A DNA stretch of 63,972 nt, counting the filler, from Lenisia limosa (lineage: Eukaryota; Protista; Breviatea), in the NCBI GenBank assembly GCA_001655205.1. It is 14 parts of 14 records of this genome, joined end to end, with 100 filler letters (N's around TTAATTAATTAA, not from the genome) between each part and the next. Parts side by side here need not be neighbours in the genome. Positions count along the whole stretch, not along the records: positions 26,721 to 27,977 come from LPNZ01008905.1; positions 28,078 to 31,416 come from LPNZ01002597.1; positions 31,517 to 33,436 come from LPNZ01011018.1; positions 33,537 to 35,413 come from LPNZ01010607.1; positions 35,514 to 40,350 come from LPNZ01000381.1; 9 more parts are not named here. One strand, given 5' to 3'. The notes beneath the pieces were generated by a model. The model had not been told where the DNA came from. It ran no database searches and saw only the letters and a program-made list of their open reading frames with translations. The position numbers were made by a program, and so were the translations under genes. Positions within the stretch are counted from its first letter, which is position 1. Each line of letters opens with the position of its first letter. Below are positions 27,151 through 39,489 of this stretch, one piece after another.

Positions 27151-27404
27151 ACCCTTGTTATTTAATTATCAGCTGTTGAAGGGGGTCCTTTATCACACCT
27201 AAAAACTATCCTATTTGATTTTTAATTAGCAGTTCAATAGTGGCTAAATGTGCAAAAACCACCGGTGAGATTGATAGCTTAAAGTTCCGTGAGGGAATGA
27301 TGAAAAGAACTTTGGAAAGTCCCGGTGCGCATTCAGCTCTCAGCTCTGAAGTTTCCAGAAACCAGCAAGTGTGTTTTGGATTGAAAGTGAATATCAGATT
27401 GGAA

Positions 27405-27857
27405 ATACTACTTTTTGTGGAACTTCTTATGAAGGGTCGGCTTCTTCTTTTGAGTCTCTTTTTTGTCTTTTCGGAAGGGTACCTGAAGAGGGTTATATCA
27501 AGGTTATTATCAAGGGGATCTAAGTTAGCCACAAACCTTGATACCCGCTTCTCTGTTGACATGGTCTACCCACTCCCTCTCCAGCTTCCTTCTCAGCTGC
27601 GGTTCAATTACAGCATCAGGTGCAAACTGGGGGAGTCAAAGGAATATTGGAGTAAAGGGGGGTGAGATAGGGTGAAATAATAAAAACTCTGATAATCAAT
27701 ACTGACAGCTTTCATCACCTCAAACACCACTCACGTCATCAAGGCGCTGGCAGCCTCGAACTTCACTCAGAGGCATTCGGAGGGGAACGTCAATGTCATC
27801 AGGGAGGTTGGCGTGCAGTCTGTCAATGTAGGCGTCATTCTCCGCCTTTAACTCCTA
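27405..27857 (-). CDS. Hypothetical protein, C-terminal exons with basic tail
   Basis: ELKAENDAYIDRLHANLPDDIDVPLRMPLSEV; FAPDAVIEPQLRRKLEREWVDHVNREAGIK|VPFRKDKKETQKKKPTLHKKFHKK*. Confidence 0.5.
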
Positions 27858-28134
27858 GGGGATAAAGGAAAAAAATAATGGTATATTTGTAAAAAAAATT
27901 GAAAGGCAAGGTCCCAGAAGTAGCTGAGAAAAGAGAGGGTGGTGAAACATTCCAAAGAGAGGCCAAAGCACAACACANNNNNNNNNNNNNNNNNNNNNNN
28001 NNNNNNNNNNNNNNNNNNNNNTTAATTAATTAANNNNNNNNNNNNNNNNNNNNNNNNNNNNNNNNNNNNNNNNNNNNGAGTTTATTTGATCATAGGATAT
28101 GACGATAATATCATATATCGATATGCACAAGCGA

Positions 28135-28480
28135 TAGCACATTCCAACAGTGCAAGCCATAACAACATTCAACAGTACAAGCCATAACAACAAGCCATAA
28201 CAACATTCAGCCCCTAACCAGTGCAAGCCATAACGGTGAGTACTCTGTCTCCGATCAAGGAGTCCCTTGAGGGCTTATGAGGAGTATGGGTGGTGGAGCT
28301 ACTAGCCGCCTGACAGCCGCAAAAGGTTCCACATCCTGAGAGGAATAATAAGGAATTCACCAAACCGAAAGGAATAATAAGGAATTAACAAAACTGAGAG
28401 GAATTATTAGGAAACAGAAATTTGCGGAATTAGAAAGTAATAAAATATGCATAAGGGGTCTGAGAGGAACAAAAAGGAAT
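28135..28480. repeat. Two adjacent imperfect minisatellites
   Basis: aagccataacaac-based repeats (28150-28235) and gaggaataataaggaatt-based repeats (28335-28480). Confidence 0.75.
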
Positions 28481-28593
28481 TAGCAAACTCTGCTGGGGGG
28501 GGGGGGGTCAGAGAGNNNNNNNNNNNNNNNNNNNNNNNNNNNNNNNNNNNNNNNNNNNNNNNNNNNNNNNNNNNNNNNAATTAGTGGAATCAT

Positions 28594-28665
28594 TAGGGCT
28601 TCACTTCGCTTCGAAAAAGATTCGATATTTTACCGTTTTTTTTTTCAAACTGAAGTAAAGCCCAA
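28594..28665 (+). mobile_element. hAT-type MITE A, internally deleted
   Basis: tagggcttcacttcgcttcg...caaactgaagtaaagcccaa. Confidence 0.75.
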
Positions 28666-28990
28666 GGAGGAGTCACCCTTTATTAGAAAGTAGATCCAAC
28701 CCCAACTCCCAACCTTCAGAATCATGTTAAAACCTTAACCCCCCAACCAGAGTCCTTTTTGACCTCCTCAATGTCGGTGATGTGGTCCTGCTCGAGCTTG
28801 TCGAGGGCAACCTAAATCTGTTTAACTAATATCTCCAAAAGGCGTGATGTTGTACGTCTTCGGCCAGATACCATCAATATTTTATTTCTCATCCCTATCA
28901 CATGTATATACATGTACTGTATGTACATAAACATAATTATGTAATAAATGTGTGTTAACACAACGCTGTGAACGCGATCTTTATTTTAGT

Positions 28991-29093
28991 TAGAGTTTCA
29001 ATTATGGTTCCAAAAAAAAGACTGAATTTTCGATTTTAAATCTTCGAAAAATATTAATACTTTGTCAGTCTTTTGGAAGCGAAGTTAAGCTAT
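28991..29093 (+). mobile_element. hAT-type MITE A, degenerate
   Basis: Core aaaaaagactgaattttcga... with eroded TIRs. Confidence 0.65.
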
Positions 29094-29212
29094 TGTTGTC
29101 ATCCCACCTTCAAGTTGACTTTGTGATGAGCGAAATAATCATTGATCTTCTCACAGTAGGACTTCACGTCACTCACTGTAATTGTAAAAAATATGGTTAG
29201 AGGGGTATGATG

Positions 29213-29306
29213 TGGGGCTTCCCTACGGTCCCAACCGAATCTCCCGACAAATCCTCGATAAATATCGATATTTAAATAGTCTTTTTCGGACCGCAGGGAA
29301 TCCCTA
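29213..29306 (+). mobile_element. hAT-type MITE, subfamily B
   Basis: ggggcttccctacggtccc...ggaccgcagggaatcccta. Confidence 0.8.
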
Positions 29307-29577
29307 CGTAAGATTGGGGGGGGGGGAGGGGGGCTCTAAAGGATTGTGCAGACGTACAATGGTGAGGGGACACGGATATTGAGCTTTACTTTGAGTCGAT
29401 CGTGAATAAATGTTGGACCATACCCACGTCTTTTGAATTGTAATTTGTTTATGGTATCCTATGTATTATTTTGTTTCTCTGGATTTCTAATGTACATATA
29501 TTTCTTGTCCAAAAAAAAAATAACAGAAAAAACCATAAATAGGTTCCCTTGTGATTATGTCGCTTGTTTATGGCACC

Positions 29578-29672
29578 TTGACTTCGGTTCGAAAAATTAC
29601 CAGCAACTTTTCGATAGTTTTCGAGGATTTATCGAGAAATTCCGTCTTTTTTCAAACCGAAGTGAAGCCCAA
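29578..29672 (-). mobile_element. hAT-type MITE A
   Basis: Inverted core, right TIR intact. Flanks atggcacc/ctggcacc (7/8 TSD). Confidence 0.8.
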
Positions 29673-30612
29673 CTGGCACCCCTCGTATTAGGCTCTCAGG
29701 AATTATCATACCGGAACTCAGGGGCGAACGGAAGGGAAGAACCTCGAACATCTACGGAATTAATTATGAATAAAGAATTTAAGTGTGGGAATTAAGCCTG
29801 AACATAAAGCATGAAGAAGGATATCTTAAAGATATTAGAATTAATAGGGATGTTAGCATTATTAAGGATTTTACTCCAACTAAATCCATACCTTGTCTGG
29901 TCCCCTTGTTAGAATATAAAGAATAGTGTAAATAAGAATATTAAGTGTAAATAGGGAAATAAGTAAGGCAATTTAGTAAAAATAAGAAAATATATCTTGG
30001 AGGATTAAAGTGTAAATACTGATAACTGAACAACAGTATCGTTTTTATGAAGAGAGAGAGAGGAGAGAGAGAGAGAGGAAGTAGAGGACTATCAATTCAG
30101 GTTCTCCTATCTCAATGATTATTTAACACATCTTCTAGGGTGGAAGAAAGACTGTAACAAACTCCATGGAAGTTATTATGGGAAAGAAGTAGAGAGTAAA
30201 ATTTGGGATTTCTACAGCCTACTTATACTTAATTTTATATGTAATATCAAAATAATGTTGAAAGCAGCAGAATACCGAAGAGAAACGGGATTAACGGGAT
30301 CTAACCAACCATCTTTTTGAAACTTCAAGCTCGAGCGCCTATTTTTTTTAACAAATTACACCACCACACAACTCTTTCCACTTAACACAAGCGCAAAAAA
30401 TGTGCTGAATGTGTGTGAAAATGCAGGATGGGCAAAAATGAAATATAGTAATCAAAACTAATAACAAAATTACCCTTCTCGGTACGCCACCTCGCGCAAA
30501 CTACACACACATTTTCTGGAGTTTAGCGGAGGAATTATGCCCGGTGCGTACGGAACCCCCCTCCTTTTTTTTGTTTTATGATACTCAGAATCTACTTCTC
30601 TCACATACAACT

Positions 30613-30881
30613 TGGGCTCCTCGCATTTAAATTAATTGCCTGACCATTGCAAATAATTGATAATTAATTGAAAAATGTAATTAGTTGTGTAAAAGAGAGA
30701 AATAAAAATTTCGTATCTTTGGCTGGGCAAAAATATTCTTCAGTATTTTATTCATGAAGACTCATAAAATCTGAAAAAAAACTGTTTTAACTTTTTTATT
30801 TTTGAAAGTTTCCAACAGCCACTCAAAATTATCTACATTTTCAATTAATTAGCAATTACGGCAATTAATTGCAAGGTGCGC
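30613..30881. mobile_element. Mutator-like non-autonomous element
   Basis: Long imperfect AT-rich inverted repeats (30613-30680 vs 30834-30881), flanked by an 11-bp direct repeat cacatacaact (30602-30612, 30882-30892). Confidence 0.6.
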
Positions 30882-31516
30882 CACATACAACTCAAAGTTA
30901 AATTGAAGTTACAAGAAGTTAAGTAGCTAAGTTTAATATAATTTTAACCACTACTCTGAAATTGAATGAAATTGTAACCTGACCAATCATTTAGAAAATT
31001 ATTATTGATGTTATATTATCCAACTTACGCTTGAAAGTGCGGTTACTAGGCCAGCGTATACAGTCAGCCAGAAATGAATATAATTATATACATATACAAT
31101 AATAATACACTTCGAAAGGATCACGCATCCATAAATTAGTGTTACAATGTGGAGAAATCGACTTCTGTAGAGTGTCCCTCAAAGTTCTCCTACAAGGAGT
31201 AAACAAACAACTAGTCCATCAGAGAGCTACCAGGGTTCTAAGCTGGCACGTTGCTGTAATATTGACAAAAGAATATGGGGCCGCTCACTTCCATTTCGAA
31301 TTCCTTTTTGGTTTCTTTGAAGTCGTCGTCATAGCCGTCCTGAATACAGTCAGAAAAAGAGATTTCATATCTATTTGAGTCTGAAAAAACTATTAAAGAC
31401 TCAGAGAGAAAGATATNNNNNNNNNNNNNNNNNNNNNNNNNNNNNNNNNNNNNNNNNNNNTTAATTAATTAANNNNNNNNNNNNNNNNNNNNNNNNNNNN
31501 NNNNNNNNNNNNNNNN

Positions 31517-31569
31517 AGTCTATGTACGCCCCTGCGTCCTCGGTGCTCAGAATGCCCAATTCCCGATCT
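31517..31569 (+). CDS. Endonuclease III (NTH1-like) C-terminal [4Fe-4S] motif exon
   Basis: SLCTPLRPRCSECPIPDL followed by a gtatgc donor. Fits C-x6-C-x2-C-x5-(C) of the HhH-GPD EndoIII/MutY family. Confidence 0.68.
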
Positions 31570-32660
31570 GTATGCGGTTGCTTGCTTCTCATTGTATTTA
31601 TTAGGGGCCCGAGCTATTTATTGAAAACCCATTTGCAAAATTTGAAGTGATAATTTCCTCAAATCTTAATTCCGAGTTGGTTCTGGTTTTTTTTTTTTTT
31701 TTTTTTTTTTNNNNNNNNNNNNNNNNNNNNNNNNNNNNNNNNNNNNNNNNNNNNNNNNNNNNNNNNNNNNNNNNNNNNNNNNNNNNNNNNNNNNNNNNNN
31801 NNNNNNNNNNNNNNNNNNNNNNNNNNNNNNNNNNAGCATCAACCCGATTGCAAAGGGCAAGTAGGAAAGGTACTGGTCCCATGCGAGGTTCTCTAATATC
31901 ATGTTGTGTTTCTTTGTTTCGTTTTCTCTTTCGCTTTTTCTTCTTGTTATTGTTTGTTTTTAGATGCTCTTTTTTATTATGGTTCATTGTTTCTTTTACG
32001 GACGTTTTCAAAGGTACTCATGACCGTGGGGGGTACTGTTGGAGAATATGAAACGAAAAAGTCCAAAATCAAGTTTATTGGCTAAGCATTTGGAAAACAC
32101 ACCAACAATTGTGTATGATGGGGAGGGTTGCTCACAGAAATATATTTTATGATGGCCTACATGGGCAGCGGTCCACATTTTTAATATGGTGTGTATTACG
32201 TGGGATACACAAGATATATGAAATCTCCTGTCCTAGTAAACCACTCTACACTCACATCCCATACCAATCTCTTCCCTGGACGCCGGCGGGTATATTCTCG
32301 GAAAATTAGTCCTTCCTCATTTCATGAGACCCGGGACGCCCCGGGAACCAAACTCAAGGGGGGGTTCAAATATTGATTATTATTTCAGAATTCTCCTATA
32401 TCACGTTTATGCGGATAATGACCGTGAACAACCCCCGCCCGGGGTGTGACATGTGCGTGAAATATTAAAAAAAAAGACTGAAAAACGACGGAAACGAAGA
32501 CCATACCCTAGACCCTATTAGCCCGACATGACTTCATGATCTCATGAGGGTGTTTTCGGAGATAGCGCGCCGGAGTGGCGCCTTTGTGCTCTGAAAAGTC
32601 AGATTTGGGCCATTTGCATCTGTGTATACATGTATATTATTTCATAATATATAATATGTG

Positions 32661-33272
32661 GGTCCTCAAAGCTCCGGACAGCATTCAAAATTCACCGGAC
32701 ACATTGTTAGTGTTTTATAAAAAACGCTTCGACAGACATAGAGAAATGGACCTCCTAATGGTCCCCAACTTCTTTTTTCAATTTGGAGCAAATATCAAAA
32801 ATCCGTGAATTTGGTCTCCCGGGGGTCCCCCTTTTGCCTTTTNNNNNNNNNNGTTTTTTCTGAATCTTACCCTCTTTTAGTGTTAAGAAAGCACTCATCG
32901 AAGTAATTGGTTCCAGGTTCCCCTTTGCTTTGGCTATGTAATGGTGAATTTTGAGAGAAAAATGCTCAAAATAGCACTGTCTACAAGGGTGAACTTTCCC
33001 GGATAGTTGCCATTTATTCCTTGAATGTGGCCTTTTATGACGGTTTTGCGTGTTTTTGACAGTATTTGGACCGTAAATAGAGAGCTTAGGGACTTATTTT
33101 GGTTTTGACCCGACAATATATAAAGTTGGCGTTTTATCCTTTGATTAAGATTGAAATTACTTTCGAAAACAAAAGGGAAATAGGGTTTATGACGATTATA
33201 AATGGAAAACTCAAACTGTCCGGTAGTTTTGATGCGTCCAGTGAATTTTGAATGATGTCCGGAGCTTTGACC
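32661..33272. mobile_element. ~610-bp non-autonomous TIR element
   Basis: ~37-bp TIR aaagctccggacagcattcaaaattcaccggacacat vs its inverse at 33232-33269 (3 mismatches). No TSD resolved. Confidence 0.75.
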
Positions 33273-33589
33273 ATATGATATACAGTGACCAGGATAAGTC
33301 TTGACCGTTTTGCTCAATAATAACCCAAGGAAAATCGGTTAAGACTTATGATTTCTTGTATTACAGCCAAAGCCAACTTTCGAAACACGTGCATCACGTC
33401 TCTCTGAGTGCGAACCTCGGGGGATTCAGGTGTGCTNNNNNNNNNNNNNNNNNNNNNNNNNNNNNNNNNNNNNNNNNNNNTTAATTAATTAANNNNNNNN
33501 NNNNNNNNNNNNNNNNNNNNNNNNNNNNNNNNNNNNGTATGTGTATTAAAGACATGGTATGCTCATGACCATAATACCTTACCCCCCAG

Positions 33590-34621
33590 CTCATGACCAT
33601 GCCGCTGACCAATGACGTCACCGAATCCATGGCTTCCTTGACCTACATCGCCGCCGTACACAGTACCAGTGGGAGGGGGGCTATCTCGTGTGGTGGAGTA
33701 TATAGGGTACACACCACCCCCTTTTTTGTCTCCAAAATTAAGCATCTTAAACTTTCGTTCATTAACCCGATGGGATGCGGTNNNNNNNNNNNNNNNNNNN
33801 NNNNNNNNNNNNNNNNNNNNNNNNNNNNNNNNNNNNNNNNNNNNNNNNNNNNNNNNNNNNNNNNNNNNNNNNNNNNNNNNNNNNNNNNNNNNNNNNNNNN
33901 NNNNNNNNNNNNNNNNNNNNNNNNNNNNNNNNNNNNNNNNNNNNNNNNNNNNNNNNNNNNNNNNNNNNNNNNNNNNNNNNNNNNNNNNNNNNNNNNNNNN
34001 NNNNGTTTCAGCCTTTGCCGACTCCCTCAACACCGAGTGGGTGATACTTCTACTATTATTCTCTCATTAACTTCCCTTATAAGCATGATACTGTCATCAG
34101 CATCCCTTATACTATCATCAGCATCCCTTATAAGCATGACACTATCATCAGCATCCCTTATAAGCGTGATACTCTCTTCAATATCCCTTATAAACGTGAT
34201 GGAGTTGATTTTGGGCTTCTTTTTTTTTGTTTCATAATTTTTTTTTTTTTTTCATTTTGACTCCCGTCATAATCCACCTTCATCATCATAATCCTTTAGT
34301 CTGAGTATGAGACAGCTCATCAGATGGTCAGACACCTTCCTAGCTTCGCGAGCTGGAATGTACGGACGGGGCTTATCACAGGTGAGATAACAGGTGTTGT
34401 TAGGGGACAAAAGGGTGGCGCTTTTGATTACCAATAACTGGGGCTTCCCGAAAAAGACGTTAAATATCGATATTTTTCAAGATTTTTTTGAGAAATTCAG
34501 TCTTTTTTTGGGACCGTAGGGAATCCCTAGCATTGATCCTTCAGATCACCTACGGCAAGCAGGTAGCAGGCTTCGCGGGGCCGGCCGTATTTGCGACCCC
34601 GATCTTCTACAACATCTCCCT
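33590..34621 (+). CDS. Hypothetical protein fragment (four exons)
   Basis: LMTMPLTNDVTESMASLTYIAAVH|..FADSLNTEW|SEYETAHQMVRHLPSFASWNVRTGLIT|ITYGKQVAGFAGPAVFATPIFYNISL, with GT-AG boundaries. Confidence 0.5.
34070..34200. repeat. Intronic minisatellite, ~30-bp unit
   Basis: About 4 imperfect copies of atcccttataagcatgatactatcatcagc. Confidence 0.85.
34439..34529 (-). mobile_element. hAT-type MITE, subfamily B
   Basis: Inverted core ending gggaccgtagggaatcccta. Confidence 0.75.
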
Positions 34622-35599
34622 GGTGGGCTTGCCAACAGAGTTGATTTTGGGCTTTTATTTTGTTTCATAAATTTTCTAATTTAGCTGTTTTTGCGTTTGT
34701 GTTTTTATCATCTGGTTTTTGTCTAGTTTTAGCGTTGGTTGCTCCTGTTCATCGAAATTTTCTTTTTACGCTATCAACCCTCGTGTGTTTACTCCCCCCC
34801 CCCCCNNNNNNNNNNNNNNNNNNNNNNNNNNNNNNNNNNNNNNNNNNNNNNNNNNNNNNNNNNNNNNNNNNNNNNNNNNNNNNNNNNNNNNNNNNNNNNN
34901 NNNNNNNNNNNNNNNNNNNTAAGGGGTGCAGGGAAGTACTACAAATTGAGCTTATTTCCATACTACATATCTTCATAGTGCAATTTGAGCTTATCTTCGT
35001 ACAACTTTGGTGTGATTGGGATCTGAGCTTAACAGTCCAGGTGAATCCGAAGGTGATGACACAGCTGATCAGGTGGGGGGGGGGGGGNNNNNNNNNNNNN
35101 NNNNNNNNNNNNNNNNNNNNNNNNNNNNNNNNNNNNNNNNNNNNNNNNNNNNNNNNNNNNNNNNNNNNNNNNNNNNNNNNNNNNNNNNNNNNNNNNNNNN
35201 NNNNNNNNNNNNNNNNNNATGATTTCCCATGGAAAATAGGTCAATACTTCTCCCGGTCACTGTATATGGTGGAGCGTATGCTGGAGGGGGATAGGAAATA
35301 TGAATGTCTGCCTAATATGTAATAATATGTATGCTGGTGGTGTACGCTGAAAGCTGTGTGCACAGAGTTGTGAGGCAAATTATTGCGTGAATAATATAAT
35401 ATTATACTTATAANNNNNNNNNNNNNNNNNNNNNNNNNNNNNNNNNNNNNNNNNNNNTTAATTAATTAANNNNNNNNNNNNNNNNNNNNNNNNNNNNNNN
35501 NNNNNNNNNNNNNTGATATAATATTGGACGACCCCAATGGTATCATATACTAGTATACACTCTATCGATATATGAATAGTAATATTACTGATGAGTTTA

Positions 35600-36680
35600 A
35601 CTTTCAGATGGGCAGGCGACTAACCGCAGTGAAGACGGTGACAGCGGCATAAATGACGGTGTAGATGGTGGCTGAGCTCATGAACAGTCCCACAATAGTC
35701 ATGCCTGAATCGTTGGAAGGTGCGGTTGGTGTCCTTGTATTCCGTTTATAAAAGGGATAATTCCCATTTTAACTTCTTGTTTATCAAAAGCATGATTGAA
35801 GTGAATGAACTGACCAACCCCCCACCGTATCCAAGAGCATCGAGAGAAGACAGCATCCAGACTTTGAAGAACATTTGACGCTGTTGTGACAATAACCGCG
35901 GAAAAAAAAAATAATAATAAAAAAAGAACAGAAAATAATAACCCAGTTTACTTTGAATTTGAAGGAATCAACGTCAACGCTAATGTCACGAGGGACTGAT
36001 CGCGTGATAATCTAAAAAAAGGAAATCACGAGGAGAAGAAGGCAAACCCACCCCCTTTCCTTCCGCAGTCCATTTATAGGGGAAGAAGAACAGGCAGATA
36101 CCAGCAATATAGTTTGGTACAAGTGGTAAGAGGGTCGTCTTTTCTAAGCAGGTCATGAGAACAACCAGGGAACACCCGCATACCTCCGGCACCAGCGTAC
36201 TTGATCAACGTCAAAACCACCGGCTACTCGGGTGAGTGGGATAATAAGTGAATAAGTGCGTATTGTACCTAAATGGAATCTCATACAGGTGTAGGATCAT
36301 ATTTCCATGTTAGCCTTGATAGGATCTTGGGTAACTTTCATCATGGAATTGTAGTCTAACCCGAAGAGATTGACATATTGTGTATTATTGAGTGCTCTCA
36401 GCAAACGAATGAAATTAAATCAAACCTGGAGAACACCAGAGAGAACGTAAAAGAAGAGCATCGCATTGTTGAATGACCCCATTTTGATGCTGGACCGGTA
36501 AGAGGAATGAAGCTGGACTGGAAGGAAGTATAGGTGCAGATGACAAAGCTCAAAAACGGGATCTGCGTGATTTGATCAAATTTAAATATGTAATCAATAC
36601 TATAGCGAGGTTGAAATACAAAGAAGGGGCTTATACAGGGATGCAAGAACGCACCAGATGGGATACTATGGACTCTTTTG
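35600..36680 (-). CDS. Hypothetical multi-exon protein, head-to-head with the MYST gene
   Basis: Exons EYNTQYVNLFGLDYNSMMKVTQDPIK, DLLRKDDPLTTCTKLYC, IITRSVPRDISVDVDSFKFK and VIVTTASNVLQSLDAVFSRCSW. Confidence 0.45.
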
Positions 36681-37021
36681 AAATATCACGGCTAATTTAG
36701 ATATAGAGCCTCTGGAAACTTCAATATAAATTTGACTTTACCAAGAACACCAACTAGCACGGCTAAAAAAAACAAAACAACTAATACGCACACTCGTATA
36801 ACTCTCCCCCGTCTCAATTAATTATGTATCACCTGTGTGGTGCTTGTGTGTTCCTCTGTCAGGTGGGTGTTTGGTCCCAACATTTATATGATAACTAAAT
36901 GGGGTAACGCAATGACTCAATATATATTTGAGCGTTTAACTACAATTCAATCCATATTCAATCTCAATTAAAGGAGAACGAACAAATAATAATATAAATA
37001 GGAGAAGGCATTTGGATAATT

Positions 37022-39335
37022 ATGCCGAAAGCTGAAAGATCAGCACTGAGTCCTGATTATGAGTTAGGGACTCTTCTACCCACTAAATTTCGTGGAGATG
37101 ATAAATACTGTATGTTGTAAGGGAGCCTTCAAATATTTGGCTCTTTGTTGCCTTTTACCTAACCTCTCTAGACAAGGCAGAAATCCTGTCAAAAGGAACA
37201 CGGGCTGACGGATTTACTGAGTACTATGTCCACTATGTTGACTGTGAGTTTGGTTATATATATTGTTGAAAGTTGAGTATATGTCCTTCGGAAAAGGTTT
37301 CGGCCGGACGCTGACCACTTAGTTAATAAGCGGCTCGACGATTGGGTGACAGTTGATAAGTTTGACCCTGACGCCACTCCCGACACATGTTTGATGCGGA
37401 AATTCATGTTTTTTTGTTTTCATTGCAGGGATTTGGAAGAGTGGTTAGTCTTACTTTCCAGCGAAAATCGCCGAAAACAAAAAGAAGCAAGAAAAGGTTT
37501 GATTTTAAGCTCTTCGTTGTAACTATCTGATATGTTATTGAGTATTGAATGAATACTGCTCGAAAAATGTCCATCAGAAAAAGCTTAAAGTCACGGGATA
37601 GCCTAATATTATTTAGAGTGCGAATGAAAGGCGTTCACGAAAAAGAGGAACTAAACAGCCTGAAGATGAGCTGGTTGAAGAAGGTTGGTGGACGGGGTAC
37701 GTTAGCTTTGATCCTTGGATCCTCCCCACACCCGCTTCACGCTTCAGATCATGTGATGAATCCCTTTCGAGTTCGAAATATAACCAAAGTCAACATGGGA
37801 CGATATGCAGTGGACAGCTGTAGGCGGAACATTCACGCCAACTTGTCTCTATTCTCTATCCAAACTAACTGGGAAGGAATCAGTTTTATACCATTTCATT
37901 AATAGCCATTTTAACGTGGTAATTTTGACGGGTTAAGCCTTCCTGATACTAATTTTCAATTATCATATCCACGCATCCAAGCAGCGCACTAATTATTAGG
38001 GTACTATTCGCCGTACCCCCCTGAGGCCATTTCTCGCGACCATGCGACGTATCTCTGTGAATTCTGTTTTGCGTATAACTCAAGTCTGTATCAACTTCAG
38101 AGGCATATGGTGAGAGGAAACGAGAACTGCATTCTTACGTTGCACTATCTGTTTTCTTGCTTTGTCTGCATATTTACCGCTTGTAGAAGAGATGTAAACT
38201 TAGGCATCCACCTGGGGACGAAATCTACAGAGATCAAACCGTTTCCTTCTTTGAAGGTGGGGGGTCAACTCTTTTTTGCTCTTCTTTCTAACTTTGTAGT
38301 TGACGGCTGTCGGCAAAGAGTCTATTGCCAGAACCTATCCCTTCTTGCTAAACTGTTCCTTGATCATAAAGTTTGTGCAGGTTTTTCTTTGTACATTTCT
38401 GTAACAGTCCTCCCGCAAGTTTCAAGACTTTTCTGACCCTGCAGAATCTTCACTACGATGTGGAGCCTTTTGTGTACTACGTTATGTGCGAGTGTACTGA
38501 TAGAGGCTATGAAATTCTGGGATTTTTCTCCAAAGAAAAGAAATCCGAGGATGACTTGAATCTTGCGTGTATTTGCACGCTGCCACAACATCAGGGCAAG
38601 GGCTTTGGAAGAACTTTAATACAATTCAGTGAGATGGATGGCTTTTTTTTTCACCAAAGAGTAGTTGGCATGGGACACTGCTTTTTTATTAGGGATGATT
38701 TCACCAGACTGTTTATTTCATTTCACCACCCAGGTTATGAACTGAGTAAGCTCGAGAACCGAAGGGGGTCCCCTGAAACACCCCTCTCAGATCTGGGTCT
38801 CTTGTCATATCAGAGGTTGGGGAAATGGTGTTTTGGTATGACAAAAACACATGACATTTCTATTGGACCCTCACCTCCGCAGTTACTGGCTGGAAATGGT
38901 CATTGACATTCTGAAGGATTCTGAAAGTGCCACTCTCGAATCCCTTTGCCAGGTATGGCAATTGTCATTGTCATCGGTGTAACACTTTTGCAGCAAACTT
39001 CCATCAAGGTCGTAGACATGGTCAACACACTCACTGCCGCAAATGCCCTTAGATACTCGGGAGGCAAGCCTGCTTTTACTCGTATGGGAGAGTGACATGA
39101 AACGAATTCTTTCCACCATTGACTTTTGCAGTGACTGAGCAACTCATAAAAGAGCATGAAGCAAAGAAGAAGAAGATCCGACATAACATCGATCCAACAA
39201 GTAAGGAGTCCACAGCCATGTTCTATTATATTATTGTTCTCTTTTCAACCTTGTCACCCCACAGAAATCAAGTGGGTCCCGATATCGGACTGGCACCATG
39301 GCAGGTTTGACCTTGAGTGTGACCGCAAAAGTTGA
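37022..39335 (+). CDS. MYST-family histone acetyltransferase with N-terminal chromo-barrel (Esa1/Tip60/MOF-like)
   Basis: Spliced [16 protein letters not shown] (Tudor-knot), [30 protein letters not shown] zinc finger, [54 protein letters not shown] and [15 protein letters not shown]. Confidence 0.95.
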
Positions 39336-39489
39336 GTTCTCTCTAAGGGTGTTTGTTTCCTTTCTCAGGTCGACAAAATGTCACTGACCAATGTAGTTAT
39401 TTTACCCTGTTTCAATAGTTCATTTGGAGAAGGGAAAAAGAAATCCATAATAAAGATAGTCAAAAAGATAAAATACAGAGAATACAGGC

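Noticed and set aside
29747-30021. Ciliate-type code (TAA/TAG=Gln) in this tract
   Set aside because: The TAA/TAG count is about what AT-rich random DNA gives, and absence of TGA over ~90 codons is not significant. Host genes here use TAA and TAG as real stops.
28135-34200. CRISPR-like arrays
   Set aside because: The repeats are head-to-tail imperfect minisatellites with no unique spacers and no cas genes, in eukaryotic DNA.
34622-34682. An intron composed entirely of repeat F (direct introner proof)
   Set aside because: It starts with GT and ends in AG, but the sequence after the AG is T-rich and intron-like, so the acceptor is unverified.
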